A stretch of DNA of 64,000 nt from Chiloscyllium plagiosum (GCF_004010195.1 NW_025215169.1:1-64000); one strand, 5' to 3'; shown: positions 10,601 through 25,600, counted from the first letter of the stretch. Numbers and translations: made by a program. The notes: generated from the letters alone by a model not told the origin.

Positions 10601-13600
10601 TCAGTCTCGGTGCGGTGTGCGGATGGCAGTGAGGGTCAGGCTGGGTACGGTGTGTGGACGGTAATGAGGGTCAGTCTTGGTACGGTGTGCGGAAGGCAGT
10701 GAGGGTCAGTCTGGCTGTCGTGTGTGGACGGTTTTCAGGGTCAGTCTCGGTGCGGTGTGCGGATGGCAGTGAGGGTCAGGCTGGGTACGGTGTGTGGACG
10801 GTAATGAGGGTCAGTCTTGGTACGGTGTGCGGAAGGCAGTGAGGGTCAGTCTGGCTGTCGTGTGTGGACGGTTTTCAGGGTCAGTCTCGGTGCGGTGTGC
10901 GGATGGCAGTGAGGGTCAGGCTGGGTACGGTGTGTGGACGGTAATGAGGGTCAGTCTTGGTACGGTGTGCGGAAGGCAGTGAGGGTCAGTCTGGCTGTCG
11001 TGTGTGGACGGTTTTCAGGGTCAGTCTCGGTGCGGTGTGCGGATGGCAGTGAGGGTCAGGCTGGGTACGGTGTGTGGACGGTAATGAGGGTCAGTCTTGG
11101 TACGGTGTGCGGAAGGCAGTGAGGGTCAGTCTGGCTGTCGTGTGTGGACGGTTTTCAGGGTCAGTCTCGGTGCGGTGTGCGGATGGCAGTGAGGGTCAGG
11201 CTGGGTACGGTGTGTGGACGGTAATGAGGGTCAGTCTTGGTACGGTGTGCGGAAGGCAGTGAGGGTCAGTCTGGCTGTCGTGTGTGGACGGTTTTCAGGG
11301 TCAGTCTCGGTGCGGTGTGCGGATGGCAGTGAGGGTCAGGCTGGGTACGGTGTGTGGACGGTAATGAGGGTCAGTCTTGGTACGGTGTGCGGAAGGCAGT
11401 GAGGGTCAGTCTGGCTGTCGTGTGTGGACGGTTTTCAGGGTCAGTCTCGGTGCGGTGTGCGGATGGCAGTGAGGGTCAGGCTGGGTACGGTGTGTGGACG
11501 GTAATGAGGGTCAGTCTTGGTACGGTGTGCGGAAGGCAGTGAGGGTCAGTCTGGCTGTCGTGTGTGGACGGTTTTCAGGGTCAGTCTCGGTGCGGTGTGC
11601 GGATGGCAGTGAGGGTCAGGCTGGGTACGGTGTGTGGACGGTAATGAGGGTCAGTCTTGGTACGGTGTGCGGAAGGCAGTGAGGGTCAGTCTGGCTGTCG
11701 TGTGTGGACGGTTTTCAGGGTCAGTCTCGGTGCGGTGTGCGGATGGCAGTGAGGGTCAGGCTGGGTACGGTGTGTGGACGGTAATGAGGGTCAGTCTTGG
11801 TACGGTGTGCGGAAGGCAGTGAGGGTCAGTCTGGCTGTCGTGTGTGGACGGTTTTCAGGGTCAGTCTCGGTGCGGTGTGCGGATGGCAGTGAGGGTCAGG
11901 CTGGGTACGGTGTGTGGACGGTAATGAGGGTCAGTCTTGGTACGGTGTGCGGAAGGCAGTGAGGGTCAGTCTGGCTGTCGTGTGTGGACGGTTTTCAGGG
12001 TCAGTCTCGGTGCGGTGTGCGGATGGCAGTGAGGGTCAGGCTGGGTACGGTGTGTGGACGGTAATGAGGGTCAGTCTTGGTACGGTGTGCGGAAGGCAGT
12101 GAGGGTCAGTCTGGCTGTCGTGTGTGGACGGTTTTCAGGGTCAGTCTCGGTGCGGTGTGCGGATGGCAGTGAGGGTCAGGCTGGGTACGGTGTGTGGACG
12201 GTAATGAGGGTCAGTCTTGGTACGGTGTGCGGAAGGCAGTGAGGGTCAGTCTGGCTGTCGTGTGTGGACGGTTTTCAGGGTCAGTCTCGGTGCGGTGTGC
12301 GGATGGCAGTGAGGGTCAGGCTGGGTACGGTGTGTGGACGGTAATGAGGGTCAGTCTTGGTACGGTGTGCGGAAGGCAGTGAGGGTCAGTCTGGCTGTCG
12401 TGTGTGGACGGTTTTCAGGGTCAGTCTCGGTGCGGTGTGCGGATGGCAGTGAGGGTCAGGCTGGGTACGGTGTGTGGACGGTAATGAGGGTCAGTCTTGG
12501 TACGGTGTGCGGAAGGCAGTGAGGGTCAGTCTGGCTGTCGTGTGTGGACGGTTTTCAGGGTCAGTCTCGGTGCGGTGTGCGGATGGCAGTGAGGGTCAGG
12601 CTGGGTACGGTGTGTGGACGGTAATGAGGGTCAGTCTTGGTACGGTGTGCGGAAGGCAGTGAGGGTCAGTCTGGCTGTCGTGTGTGGACGGTTTTCAGGG
12701 TCAGTCTCGGTGCGGTGTGCGGATGGCAGTGAGGGTCAGGCTGGGTACGGTGTGTGGACGGTAATGAGGGTCAGTCTTGGTACGGTGTGCGGAAGGCAGT
12801 GAGGGTCAGTCTGGCTGTCGTGTGTGGACGGTTTTCAGGGTCAGTCTCGGTGCGGTGTGCGGATGGCAGTGAGGGTCAGGCTGGGTACGGTGTGTGGACG
12901 GTAATGAGGGTCAGTCTTGGTACGGTGTGCGGAAGGCAGTGAGGGTCAGTCTGGCTGTCGTGTGTGGACGGTTTTCAGGGTCAGTCTCGGTGCGGTGTGC
13001 GGATGGCAGTGAGGGTCAGGCTGGGTACGGTGTGTGGACGGTAATGAGGGTCAGTCTTGGTACGGTGTGCGGAAGGCAGTGAGGGTCAGTCTGGCTGTCG
13101 TGTGTGGACGGTTTTCAGGGTCAGTCTCGGTGCGGTGTGCGGATGGCAGTGAGGGTCAGGCTGGGTACGGTGTGTGGACGGTAATGAGGGTCAGTCTTGG
13201 TACGGTGTGCGGAAGGCAGTGAGGGTCAGTCTGGCTGTCGTGTGTGGACGGTTTTCAGGGTCAGTCTCGGTGCGGTGTGCGGATGGCAGTGAGGGTCAGG
13301 CTGGGTACGGTGTGTGGACGGTAATGAGGGTCAGTCTTGGTACGGTGTGCGGAAGGCAGTGAGGGTCAGTCTGGCTGTCGTGTGTGGACGGTTTTCAGGG
13401 TCAGTCTCGGTGCGGTGTGCGGATGGCAGTGAGGGTCAGGCTGGGTACGGTGTGTGGACGGTAATGAGGGTCAGTCTTGGTACGGTGTGCGGAAGGCAGT
13501 GAGGGTCAGTCTGGCTGTCGTGTGTGGACGGTTTTCAGGGTCAGTCTCGGTGCGGTGTGCGGATGGCAGTGAGGGTCAGGCTGGGTACGGTGTGTGGACG

Positions 13601-16600
13601 GTAATGAGGGTCAGTCTTGGTACGGTGTGCGGAAGGCAGTGAGGGTCAGTCTGGCTGTCGTGTGTGGACGGTTTTCAGGGTCAGTCTCGGTGCGGTGTGC
13701 GGATGGCAGTGAGGGTCAGGCTGGGTACGGTGTGTGGACGGTAATGAGGGTCAGTCTTGGTACGGTGTGCGGAAGGCAGTGAGGGTCAGTCTGGCTGTCG
13801 TGTGTGGACGGTTTTCAGGGTCAGTCTCGGTGCGGTGTGCGGATGGCAGTGAGGGTCAGGCTGGGTACGGTGTGTGGACGGTAATGAGGGTCAGTCTTGG
13901 TACGGTGTGCGGAAGGCAGTGAGGGTCAGTCTGGCTGTCGTGTGTGGACGGTTTTCAGGGTCAGTCTCGGTGCGGTGTGCGGATGGCAGTGAGGGTCAGG
14001 CTGGGTACGGTGTGTGGACGGTAATGAGGGTCAGTCTTGGTACGGTGTGCGGAAGGCAGTGAGGGTCAGTCTGGCTGTCGTGTGTGGACGGTTTTCAGGG
14101 TCAGTCTCGGTGCGGTGTGCGGATGGCAGTGAGGGTCAGGCTGGGTACGGTGTGTGGACGGTAATGAGGGTCAGTCTTGGTACGGTGTGCGGAAGGCAGT
14201 GAGGGTCAGTCTGGCTGTCGTGTGTGGACGGTTTTCAGGGTCAGTCTCGGTGCGGTGTGCGGATGGCAGTGAGGGTCAGGCTGGGTACGGTGTGTGGACG
14301 GTAATGAGGGTCAGTCTTGGTACGGTGTGCGGAAGGCAGTGAGGGTCAGTCTGGCTGTCGTGTGTGGACGGTTTTCAGGGTCAGTCTCGGTGCGGTGTGC
14401 GGATGGCAGTGAGGGTCAGGCTGGGTACGGTGTGTGGACGGTAATGAGGGTCAGTCTTGGTACGGTGTGCGGAAGGCAGTGAGGGTCAGTCTGGCTGTCG
14501 TGTGTGGACGGTTTTCAGGGTCAGTCTCGGTGCGGTGTGCGGATGGCAGTGAGGGTCAGGCTGGGTACGGTGTGTGGACGGTAATGAGGGTCAGTCTTGG
14601 TACGGTGTGCGGAAGGCAGTGAGGGTCAGTCTGGCTGTCGTGTGTGGACGGTTTTCAGGGTCAGTCTCGGTGCGGTGTGCGGATGGCAGTGAGGGTCAGG
14701 CTGGGTACGGTGTGTGGACGGTAATGAGGGTCAGTCTTGGTACGGTGTGCGGAAGGCAGTGAGGGTCAGTCTGGCTGTCGTGTGTGGACGGTTTTCAGGG
14801 TCAGTCTCGGTGCGGTGTGCGGATGGCAGTGAGGGTCAGGCTGGGTACGGTGTGTGGACGGTAATGAGGGTCAGTCTTGGTACGGTGTGCGGAAGGCAGT
14901 GAGGGTCAGTCTGGCTGTCGTGTGTGGACGGTTTTCAGGGTCAGTCTCGGTGCGGTGTGCGGATGGCAGTGAGGGTCAGGCTGGGTACGGTGTGTGGACG
15001 GTAATGAGGGTCAGTCTTGGTACGGTGTGCGGAAGGCAGTGAGGGTCAGTCTGGCTGTCGTGTGTGGACGGTTTTCAGGGTCAGTCTCGGTGCGGTGTGC
15101 GGATGGCAGTGAGGGTCAGGCTGGGTACGGTGTGTGGACGGTAATGAGGGTCAGTCTTGGTACGGTGTGCGGAAGGCAGTGAGGGTCAGTCTGGCTGTCG
15201 TGTGTGGACGGTTTTCAGGGTCAGTCTCGGTGCGGTGTGCGGATGGCAGTGAGGGTCAGGCTGGGTACGGTGTGTGGACGGTAATGAGGGTCAGTCTTGG
15301 TACGGTGTGCGGAAGGCAGTGAGGGTCAGTCTGGCTGTCGTGTGTGGACGGTTTTCAGGGTCAGTCTCGGTGCGGTGTGCGGATGGCAGTGAGGGTCAGG
15401 CTGGGTACGGTGTGTGGACGGTAATGAGGGTCAGTCTTGGTACGGTGTGCGGAAGGCAGTGAGGGTCAGTCTGGCTGTCGTGTGTGGACGGTTTTCAGGG
15501 TCAGTCTCGGTGCGGTGTGCGGATGGCAGTGAGGGTCAGGCTGGGTACGGTGTGTGGACGGTAATGAGGGTCAGTCTTGGTACGGTGTGCGGAAGGCAGT
15601 GAGGGTCAGTCTGGCTGTCGTGTGTGGACGGTTTTCAGGGTCAGTCTCGGTGCGGTGTGCGGATGGCAGTGAGGGTCAGGCTGGGTACGGTGTGTGGACG
15701 GTAATGAGGGTCAGTCTTGGTACGGTGTGCGGAAGGCAGTGAGGGTCAGTCTGGCTGTCGTGTGTGGACGGTTTTCAGGGTCAGTCTCGGTGCGGTGTGC
15801 GGATGGCAGTGAGGGTCAGGCTGGGTACGGTGTGTGGACGGTAATGAGGGTCAGTCTTGGTACGGTGTGCGGAAGGCAGTGAGGGTCAGTCTGGCTGTCG
15901 TGTGTGGACGGTTTTCAGGGTCAGTCTCGGTGCGGTGTGCGGATGGCAGTGAGGGTCAGGCTGGGTACGGTGTGTGGACGGTAATGAGGGTCAGTCTTGG
16001 TACGGTGTGCGGAAGGCAGTGAGGGTCAGTCTGGCTGTCGTGTGTGGACGGTTTTCAGGGTCAGTCTCGGTGCGGTGTGCGGATGGCAGTGAGGGTCAGG
16101 CTGGGTACGGTGTGTGGACGGTAATGAGGGTCAGTCTTGGTACGGTGTGCGGAAGGCAGTGAGGGTCAGTCTGGCTGTCGTGTGTGGACGGTTTTCAGGG
16201 TCAGTCTCGGTGCGGTGTGCGGATGGCAGTGAGGGTCAGGCTGGGTACGGTGTGTGGACGGTAATGAGGGTCAGTCTTGGTACGGTGTGCGGAAGGCAGT
16301 GAGGGTCAGTCTGGCTGTCGTGTGTGGACGGTTTTCAGGGTCAGTCTCGGTGCGGTGTGCGGATGGCAGTGAGGGTCAGGCTGGGTACGGTGTGTGGACG
16401 GTAATGAGGGTCAGTCTTGGTACGGTGTGCGGAAGGCAGTGAGGGTCAGTCTGGCTGTCGTGTGTGGACGGTTTTCAGGGTCAGTCTCGGTGCGGTGTGC
16501 GGATGGCAGTGAGGGTCAGGCTGGGTACGGTGTGTGGACGGTAATGAGGGTCAGTCTTGGTACGGTGTGCGGAAGGCAGTGAGGGTCAGTCTGGCTGTCG

Positions 16601-19600
16601 TGTGTGGACGGTTTTCAGGGTCAGTCTCGGTGCGGTGTGCGGATGGCAGTGAGGGTCAGGCTGGGTACGGTGTGTGGACGGTAATGAGGGTCAGTCTTGG
16701 TACGGTGTGCGGAAGGCAGTGAGGGTCAGTCTGGCTGTCGTGTGTGGACGGTTTTCAGGGTCAGTCTCGGTGCGGTGTGCGGATGGCAGTGAGGGTCAGG
16801 CTGGGTACGGTGTGTGGACGGTAATGAGGGTCAGTCTTGGTACGGTGTGCGGAAGGCAGTGAGGGTCAGTCTGGCTGTCGTGTGTGGACGGTTTTCAGGG
16901 TCAGTCTCGGTGCGGTGTGCGGATGGCAGTGAGGGTCAGGCTGGGTACGGTGTGTGGACGGTAATGAGGGTCAGTCTTGGTACGGTGTGCGGAAGGCAGT
17001 GAGGGTCAGTCTGGCTGTCGTGTGTGGACGGTTTTCAGGGTCAGTCTCGGTGCGGTGTGCGGATGGCAGTGAGGGTCAGGCTGGGTACGGTGTGTGGACG
17101 GTAATGAGGGTCAGTCTTGGTACGGTGTGCGGAAGGCAGTGAGGGTCAGTCTGGCTGTCGTGTGTGGACGGTTTTCAGGGTCAGTCTCGGTGCGGTGTGC
17201 GGATGGCAGTGAGGGTCAGGCTGGGTACGGTGTGTGGACGGTAATGAGGGTCAGTCTTGGTACGGTGTGCGGAAGGCAGTGAGGGTCAGTCTGGCTGTCG
17301 TGTGTGGACGGTTTTCAGGGTCAGTCTCGGTGCGGTGTGCGGATGGCAGTGAGGGTCAGGCTGGGTACGGTGTGTGGACGGTAATGAGGGTCAGTCTTGG
17401 TACGGTGTGCGGAAGGCAGTGAGGGTCAGTCTGGCTGTCGTGTGTGGACGGTTTTCAGGGTCAGTCTCGGTGCGGTGTGCGGATGGCAGTGAGGGTCAGG
17501 CTGGGTACGGTGTGTGGACGGTAATGAGGGTCAGTCTTGGTACGGTGTGCGGAAGGCAGTGAGGGTCAGTCTGGCTGTCGTGTGTGGACGGTTTTCAGGG
17601 TCAGTCTCGGTGCGGTGTGCGGATGGCAGTGAGGGTCAGGCTGGGTACGGTGTGTGGACGGTAATGAGGGTCAGTCTTGGTACGGTGTGCGGAAGGCAGT
17701 GAGGGTCAGTCTGGCTGTCGTGTGTGGACGGTTTTCAGGGTCAGTCTCGGTGCGGTGTGCGGATGGCAGTGAGGGTCAGGCTGGGTACGGTGTGTGGACG
17801 GTAATGAGGGTCAGTCTTGGTACGGTGTGCGGAAGGCAGTGAGGGTCAGTCTGGCTGTCGTGTGTGGACGGTTTTCAGGGTCAGTCTCGGTGCGGTGTGC
17901 GGATGGCAGTGAGGGTCAGGCTGGGTACGGTGTGTGGACGGTAATGAGGGTCAGTCTTGGTACGGTGTGCGGAAGGCAGTGAGGGTCAGTCTGGCTGTCG
18001 TGTGTGGACGGTTTTCAGGGTCAGTCTCGGTGCGGTGTGCGGATGGCAGTGAGGGTCAGGCTGGGTACGGTGTGTGGACGGTAATGAGGGTCAGTCTTGG
18101 TACGGTGTGCGGAAGGCAGTGAGGGTCAGTCTGGCTGTCGTGTGTGGACGGTTTTCAGGGTCAGTCTCGGTGCGGTGTGCGGATGGCAGTGAGGGTCAGG
18201 CTGGGTACGGTGTGTGGACGGTAATGAGGGTCAGTCTTGGTACGGTGTGCGGAAGGCAGTGAGGGTCAGTCTGGCTGTCGTGTGTGGACGGTTTTCAGGG
18301 TCAGTCTCGGTGCGGTGTGCGGATGGCAGTGAGGGTCAGGCTGGGTACGGTGTGTGGACGGTAATGAGGGTCAGTCTTGGTACGGTGTGCGGAAGGCAGT
18401 GAGGGTCAGTCTGGCTGTCGTGTGTGGACGGTTTTCAGGGTCAGTCTCGGTGCGGTGTGCGGATGGCAGTGAGGGTCAGGCTGGGTACGGTGTGTGGACG
18501 GTAATGAGGGTCAGTCTTGGTACGGTGTGCGGAAGGCAGTGAGGGTCAGTCTGGCTGTCGTGTGTGGACGGTTTTCAGGGTCAGTCTCGGTGCGGTGTGC
18601 GGATGGCAGTGAGGGTCAGGCTGGGTACGGTGTGTGGACGGTAATGAGGGTCAGTCTTGGTACGGTGTGCGGAAGGCAGTGAGGGTCAGTCTGGCTGTCG
18701 TGTGTGGACGGTTTTCAGGGTCAGTCTCGGTGCGGTGTGCGGATGGCAGTGAGGGTCAGGCTGGGTACGGTGTGTGGACGGTAATGAGGGTCAGTCTTGG
18801 TACGGTGTGCGGAAGGCAGTGAGGGTCAGTCTGGCTGTCGTGTGTGGACGGTTTTCAGGGTCAGTCTCGGTGCGGTGTGCGGATGGCAGTGAGGGTCAGG
18901 CTGGGTACGGTGTGTGGACGGTAATGAGGGTCAGTCTTGGTACGGTGTGCGGAAGGCAGTGAGGGTCAGTCTGGCTGTCGTGTGTGGACGGTTTTCAGGG
19001 TCAGTCTCGGTGCGGTGTGCGGATGGCAGTGAGGGTCAGGCTGGGTACGGTGTGTGGACGGTAATGAGGGTCAGTCTTGGTACGGTGTGCGGAAGGCAGT
19101 GAGGGTCAGTCTGGCTGTCGTGTGTGGACGGTTTTCAGGGTCAGTCTCGGTGCGGTGTGCGGATGGCAGTGAGGGTCAGGCTGGGTACGGTGTGTGGACG
19201 GTAATGAGGGTCAGTCTTGGTACGGTGTGCGGAAGGCAGTGAGGGTCAGTCTGGCTGTCGTGTGTGGACGGTTTTCAGGGTCAGTCTCGGTGCGGTGTGC
19301 GGATGGCAGTGAGGGTCAGGCTGGGTACGGTGTGTGGACGGTAATGAGGGTCAGTCTTGGTACGGTGTGCGGAAGGCAGTGAGGGTCAGTCTGGCTGTCG
19401 TGTGTGGACGGTTTTCAGGGTCAGTCTCGGTGCGGTGTGCGGATGGCAGTGAGGGTCAGGCTGGGTACGGTGTGTGGACGGTAATGAGGGTCAGTCTTGG
19501 TACGGTGTGCGGAAGGCAGTGAGGGTCAGTCTGGCTGTCGTGTGTGGACGGTTTTCAGGGTCAGTCTCGGTGCGGTGTGCGGATGGCAGTGAGGGTCAGG

Positions 19601-22600
19601 CTGGGTACGGTGTGTGGACGGTAATGAGGGTCAGTCTTGGTACGGTGTGCGGAAGGCAGTGAGGGTCAGTCTGGCTGTCGTGTGTGGACGGTTTTCAGGG
19701 TCAGTCTCGGTGCGGTGTGCGGATGGCAGTGAGGGTCAGGCTGGGTACGGTGTGTGGACGGTAATGAGGGTCAGTCTTGGTACGGTGTGCGGAAGGCAGT
19801 GAGGGTCAGTCTGGCTGTCGTGTGTGGACGGTTTTCAGGGTCAGTCTCGGTGCGGTGTGCGGATGGCAGTGAGGGTCAGGCTGGGTACGGTGTGTGGACG
19901 GTAATGAGGGTCAGTCTTGGTACGGTGTGCGGAAGGCAGTGAGGGTCAGTCTGGCTGTCGTGTGTGGACGGTTTTCAGGGTCAGTCTCGGTGCGGTGTGC
20001 GGATGGCAGTGAGGGTCAGGCTGGGTACGGTGTGTGGACGGTAATGAGGGTCAGTCTTGGTACGGTGTGCGGAAGGCAGTGAGGGTCAGTCTGGCTGTCG
20101 TGTGTGGACGGTTTTCAGGGTCAGTCTCGGTGCGGTGTGCGGATGGCAGTGAGGGTCAGGCTGGGTACGGTGTGTGGACGGTAATGAGGGTCAGTCTTGG
20201 TACGGTGTGCGGAAGGCAGTGAGGGTCAGTCTGGCTGTCGTGTGTGGACGGTTTTCAGGGTCAGTCTCGGTGCGGTGTGCGGATGGCAGTGAGGGTCAGG
20301 CTGGGTACGGTGTGTGGACGGTAATGAGGGTCAGTCTTGGTACGGTGTGCGGAAGGCAGTGAGGGTCAGTCTGGCTGTCGTGTGTGGACGGTTTTCAGGG
20401 TCAGTCTCGGTGCGGTGTGCGGATGGCAGTGAGGGTCAGGCTGGGTACGGTGTGTGGACGGTAATGAGGGTCAGTCTTGGTACGGTGTGCGGAAGGCAGT
20501 GAGGGTCAGTCTGGCTGTCGTGTGTGGACGGTTTTCAGGGTCAGTCTCGGTGCGGTGTGCGGATGGCAGTGAGGGTCAGGCTGGGTACGGTGTGTGGACG
20601 GTAATGAGGGTCAGTCTTGGTACGGTGTGCGGAAGGCAGTGAGGGTCAGTCTGGCTGTCGTGTGTGGACGGTTTTCAGGGTCAGTCTCGGTGCGGTGTGC
20701 GGATGGCAGTGAGGGTCAGGCTGGGTACGGTGTGTGGACGGTAATGAGGGTCAGTCTTGGTACGGTGTGCGGAAGGCAGTGAGGGTCAGTCTGGCTGTCG
20801 TGTGTGGACGGTTTTCAGGGTCAGTCTCGGTGCGGTGTGCGGATGGCAGTGAGGGTCAGGCTGGGTACGGTGTGTGGACGGTAATGAGGGTCAGTCTTGG
20901 TACGGTGTGCGGAAGGCAGTGAGGGTCAGTCTGGCTGTCGTGTGTGGACGGTTTTCAGGGTCAGTCTCGGTGCGGTGTGCGGATGGCAGTGAGGGTCAGG
21001 CTGGGTACGGTGTGTGGACGGTAATGAGGGTCAGTCTTGGTACGGTGTGCGGAAGGCAGTGAGGGTCAGTCTGGCTGTCGTGTGTGGACGGTTTTCAGGG
21101 TCAGTCTCGGTGCGGTGTGCGGATGGCAGTGAGGGTCAGGCTGGGTACGGTGTGTGGACGGTAATGAGGGTCAGTCTTGGTACGGTGTGCGGAAGGCAGT
21201 GAGGGTCAGTCTGGCTGTCGTGTGTGGACGGTTTTCAGGGTCAGTCTCGGTGCGGTGTGCGGATGGCAGTGAGGGTCAGGCTGGGTACGGTGTGTGGACG
21301 GTAATGAGGGTCAGTCTTGGTACGGTGTGCGGAAGGCAGTGAGGGTCAGTCTGGCTGTCGTGTGTGGACGGTTTTCAGGGTCAGTCTCGGTGCGGTGTGC
21401 GGATGGCAGTGAGGGTCAGGCTGGGTACGGTGTGTGGACGGTAATGAGGGTCAGTCTTGGTACGGTGTGCGGAAGGCAGTGAGGGTCAGTCTGGCTGTCG
21501 TGTGTGGACGGTTTTCAGGGTCAGTCTCGGTGCGGTGTGCGGATGGCAGTGAGGGTCAGGCTGGGTACGGTGTGTGGACGGTAATGAGGGTCAGTCTTGG
21601 TACGGTGTGCGGAAGGCAGTGAGGGTCAGTCTGGCTGTCGTGTGTGGACGGTTTTCAGGGTCAGTCTCGGTGCGGTGTGCGGATGGCAGTGAGGGTCAGG
21701 CTGGGTACGGTGTGTGGACGGTAATGAGGGTCAGTCTTGGTACGGTGTGCGGAAGGCAGTGAGGGTCAGTCTGGCTGTCGTGTGTGGACGGTTTTCAGGG
21801 TCAGTCTCGGTGCGGTGTGCGGATGGCAGTGAGGGTCAGGCTGGGTACGGTGTGTGGACGGTAATGAGGGTCAGTCTTGGTACGGTGTGCGGAAGGCAGT
21901 GAGGGTCAGTCTGGCTGTCGTGTGTGGACGGTTTTCAGGGTCAGTCTCGGTGCGGTGTGCGGATGGCAGTGAGGGTCAGGCTGGGTACGGTGTGTGGACG
22001 GTAATGAGGGTCAGTCTTGGTACGGTGTGCGGAAGGCAGTGAGGGTCAGTCTGGCTGTCGTGTGTGGACGGTTTTCAGGGTCAGTCTCGGTGCGGTGTGC
22101 GGATGGCAGTGAGGGTCAGGCTGGGTACGGTGTGTGGACGGTAATGAGGGTCAGTCTTGGTACGGTGTGCGGAAGGCAGTGAGGGTCAGTCTGGCTGTCG
22201 TGTGTGGACGGTTTTCAGGGTCAGTCTCGGTGCGGTGTGCGGATGGCAGTGAGGGTCAGGCTGGGTACGGTGTGTGGACGGTAATGAGGGTCAGTCTTGG
22301 TACGGTGTGCGGAAGGCAGTGAGGGTCAGTCTGGCTGTCGTGTGTGGACGGTTTTCAGGGTCAGTCTCGGTGCGGTGTGCGGATGGCAGTGAGGGTCAGG
22401 CTGGGTACGGTGTGTGGACGGTAATGAGGGTCAGTCTTGGTACGGTGTGCGGAAGGCAGTGAGGGTCAGTCTGGCTGTCGTGTGTGGACGGTTTTCAGGG
22501 TCAGTCTCGGTGCGGTGTGCGGATGGCAGTGAGGGTCAGGCTGGGTACGGTGTGTGGACGGTAATGAGGGTCAGTCTTGGTACGGTGTGCGGAAGGCAGT

Positions 22601-25600
22601 GAGGGTCAGTCTGGCTGTCGTGTGTGGACGGTTTTCAGGGTCAGTCTCGGTGCGGTGTGCGGATGGCAGTGAGGGTCAGGCTGGGTACGGTGTGTGGACG
22701 GTAATGAGGGTCAGTCTTGGTACGGTGTGCGGAAGGCAGTGAGGGTCAGTCTGGCTGTCGTGTGTGGACGGTTTTCAGGGTCAGTCTCGGTGCGGTGTGC
22801 GGATGGCAGTGAGGGTCAGGCTGGGTACGGTGTGTGGACGGTAATGAGGGTCAGTCTTGGTACGGTGTGCGGAAGGCAGTGAGGGTCAGTCTGGCTGTCG
22901 TGTGTGGACGGTTTTCAGGGTCAGTCTCGGTGCGGTGTGCGGATGGCAGTGAGGGTCAGGCTGGGTACGGTGTGTGGACGGTAATGAGGGTCAGTCTTGG
23001 TACGGTGTGCGGAAGGCAGTGAGGGTCAGTCTGGCTGTCGTGTGTGGACGGTTTTCAGGGTCAGTCTCGGTGCGGTGTGCGGATGGCAGTGAGGGTCAGG
23101 CTGGGTACGGTGTGTGGACGGTAATGAGGGTCAGTCTTGGTACGGTGTGCGGAAGGCAGTGAGGGTCAGTCTGGCTGTCGTGTGTGGACGGTTTTCAGGG
23201 TCAGTCTCGGTGCGGTGTGCGGATGGCAGTGAGGGTCAGGCTGGGTACGGTGTGTGGACGGTAATGAGGGTCAGTCTTGGTACGGTGTGCGGAAGGCAGT
23301 GAGGGTCAGTCTGGCTGTCGTGTGTGGACGGTTTTCAGGGTCAGTCTCGGTGCGGTGTGCGGATGGCAGTGAGGGTCAGGCTGGGTACGGTGTGTGGACG
23401 GTAATGAGGGTCAGTCTTGGTACGGTGTGCGGAAGGCAGTGAGGGTCAGTCTGGCTGTCGTGTGTGGACGGTTTTCAGGGTCAGTCTCGGTGCGGTGTGC
23501 GGATGGCAGTGAGGGTCAGGCTGGGTACGGTGTGTGGACGGTAATGAGGGTCAGTCTTGGTACGGTGTGCGGAAGGCAGTGAGGGTCAGTCTGGCTGTCG
23601 TGTGTGGACGGTTTTCAGGGTCAGTCTCGGTGCGGTGTGCGGATGGCAGTGAGGGTCAGGCTGGGTACGGTGTGTGGACGGTAATGAGGGTCAGTCTTGG
23701 TACGGTGTGCGGAAGGCAGTGAGGGTCAGTCTGGCTGTCGTGTGTGGACGGTTTTCAGGGTCAGTCTCGGTGCGGTGTGCGGATGGCAGTGAGGGTCAGG
23801 CTGGGTACGGTGTGTGGACGGTAATGAGGGTCAGTCTTGGTACGGTGTGCGGAAGGCAGTGAGGGTCAGTCTGGCTGTCGTGTGTGGACGGTTTTCAGGG
23901 TCAGTCTCGGTGCGGTGTGCGGATGGCAGTGAGGGTCAGGCTGGGTACGGTGTGTGGACGGTAATGAGGGTCAGTCTTGGTACGGTGTGCGGAAGGCAGT
24001 GAGGGTCAGTCTGGCTGTCGTGTGTGGACGGTTTTCAGGGTCAGTCTCGGTGCGGTGTGCGGATGGCAGTGAGGGTCAGGCTGGGTACGGTGTGTGGACG
24101 GTAATGAGGGTCAGTCTTGGTACGGTGTGCGGAAGGCAGTGAGGGTCAGTCTGGCTGTCGTGTGTGGACGGTTTTCAGGGTCAGTCTCGGTGCGGTGTGC
24201 GGATGGCAGTGAGGGTCAGGCTGGGTACGGTGTGTGGACGGTAATGAGGGTCAGTCTTGGTACGGTGTGCGGAAGGCAGTGAGGGTCAGTCTGGCTGTCG
24301 TGTGTGGACGGTTTTCAGGGTCAGTCTCGGTGCGGTGTGCGGATGGCAGTGAGGGTCAGGCTGGGTACGGTGTGTGGACGGTAATGAGGGTCAGTCTTGG
24401 TACGGTGTGCGGAAGGCAGTGAGGGTCAGTCTGGCTGTCGTGTGTGGACGGTTTTCAGGGTCAGTCTCGGTGCGGTGTGCGGATGGCAGTGAGGGTCAGG
24501 CTGGGTACGGTGTGTGGACGGTAATGAGGGTCAGTCTTGGTACGGTGTGCGGAAGGCAGTGAGGGTCAGTCTGGCTGTCGTGTGTGGACGGTTTTCAGGG
24601 TCAGTCTCGGTGCGGTGTGCGGATGGCAGTGAGGGTCAGGCTGGGTACGGTGTGTGGACGGTAATGAGGGTCAGTCTTGGTACGGTGTGCGGAAGGCAGT
24701 GAGGGTCAGTCTGGCTGTCGTGTGTGGACGGTTTTCAGGGTCAGTCTCGGTGCGGTGTGCGGATGGCAGTGAGGGTCAGGCTGGGTACGGTGTGTGGACG
24801 GTAATGAGGGTCAGTCTTGGTACGGTGTGCGGAAGGCAGTGAGGGTCAGTCTGGCTGTCGTGTGTGGACGGTTTTCAGGGTCAGTCTCGGTGCGGTGTGC
24901 GGATGGCAGTGAGGGTCAGGCTGGGTACGGTGTGTGGACGGTAATGAGGGTCAGTCTTGGTACGGTGTGCGGAAGGCAGTGAGGGTCAGTCTGGCTGTCG
25001 TGTGTGGACGGTTTTCAGGGTCAGTCTCGGTGCGGTGTGCGGATGGCAGTGAGGGTCAGGCTGGGTACGGTGTGTGGACGGTAATGAGGGTCAGTCTTGG
25101 TACGGTGTGCGGAAGGCAGTGAGGGTCAGTCTGGCTGTCGTGTGTGGACGGTTTTCAGGGTCAGTCTCGGTGCGGTGTGCGGATGGCAGTGAGGGTCAGG
25201 CTGGGTACGGTGTGTGGACGGTAATGAGGGTCAGTCTTGGTACGGTGTGCGGAAGGCAGTGAGGGTCAGTCTGGCTGTCGTGTGTGGACGGTTTTCAGGG
25301 TCAGTCTCGGTGCGGTGTGCGGATGGCAGTGAGGGTCAGGCTGGGTACGGTGTGTGGACGGTAATGAGGGTCAGTCTTGGTACGGTGTGCGGAAGGCAGT
25401 GAGGGTCAGTCTGGCTGTCGTGTGTGGACGGTTTTCAGGGTCAGTCTCGGTGCGGTGTGCGGATGGCAGTGAGGGTCAGGCTGGGTACGGTGTGTGGACG
25501 GTAATGAGGGTCAGTCTTGGTACGGTGTGCGGAAGGCAGTGAGGGTCAGTCTGGCTGTCGTGTGTGGACGGTTTTCAGGGTCAGTCTCGGTGCGGTGTGC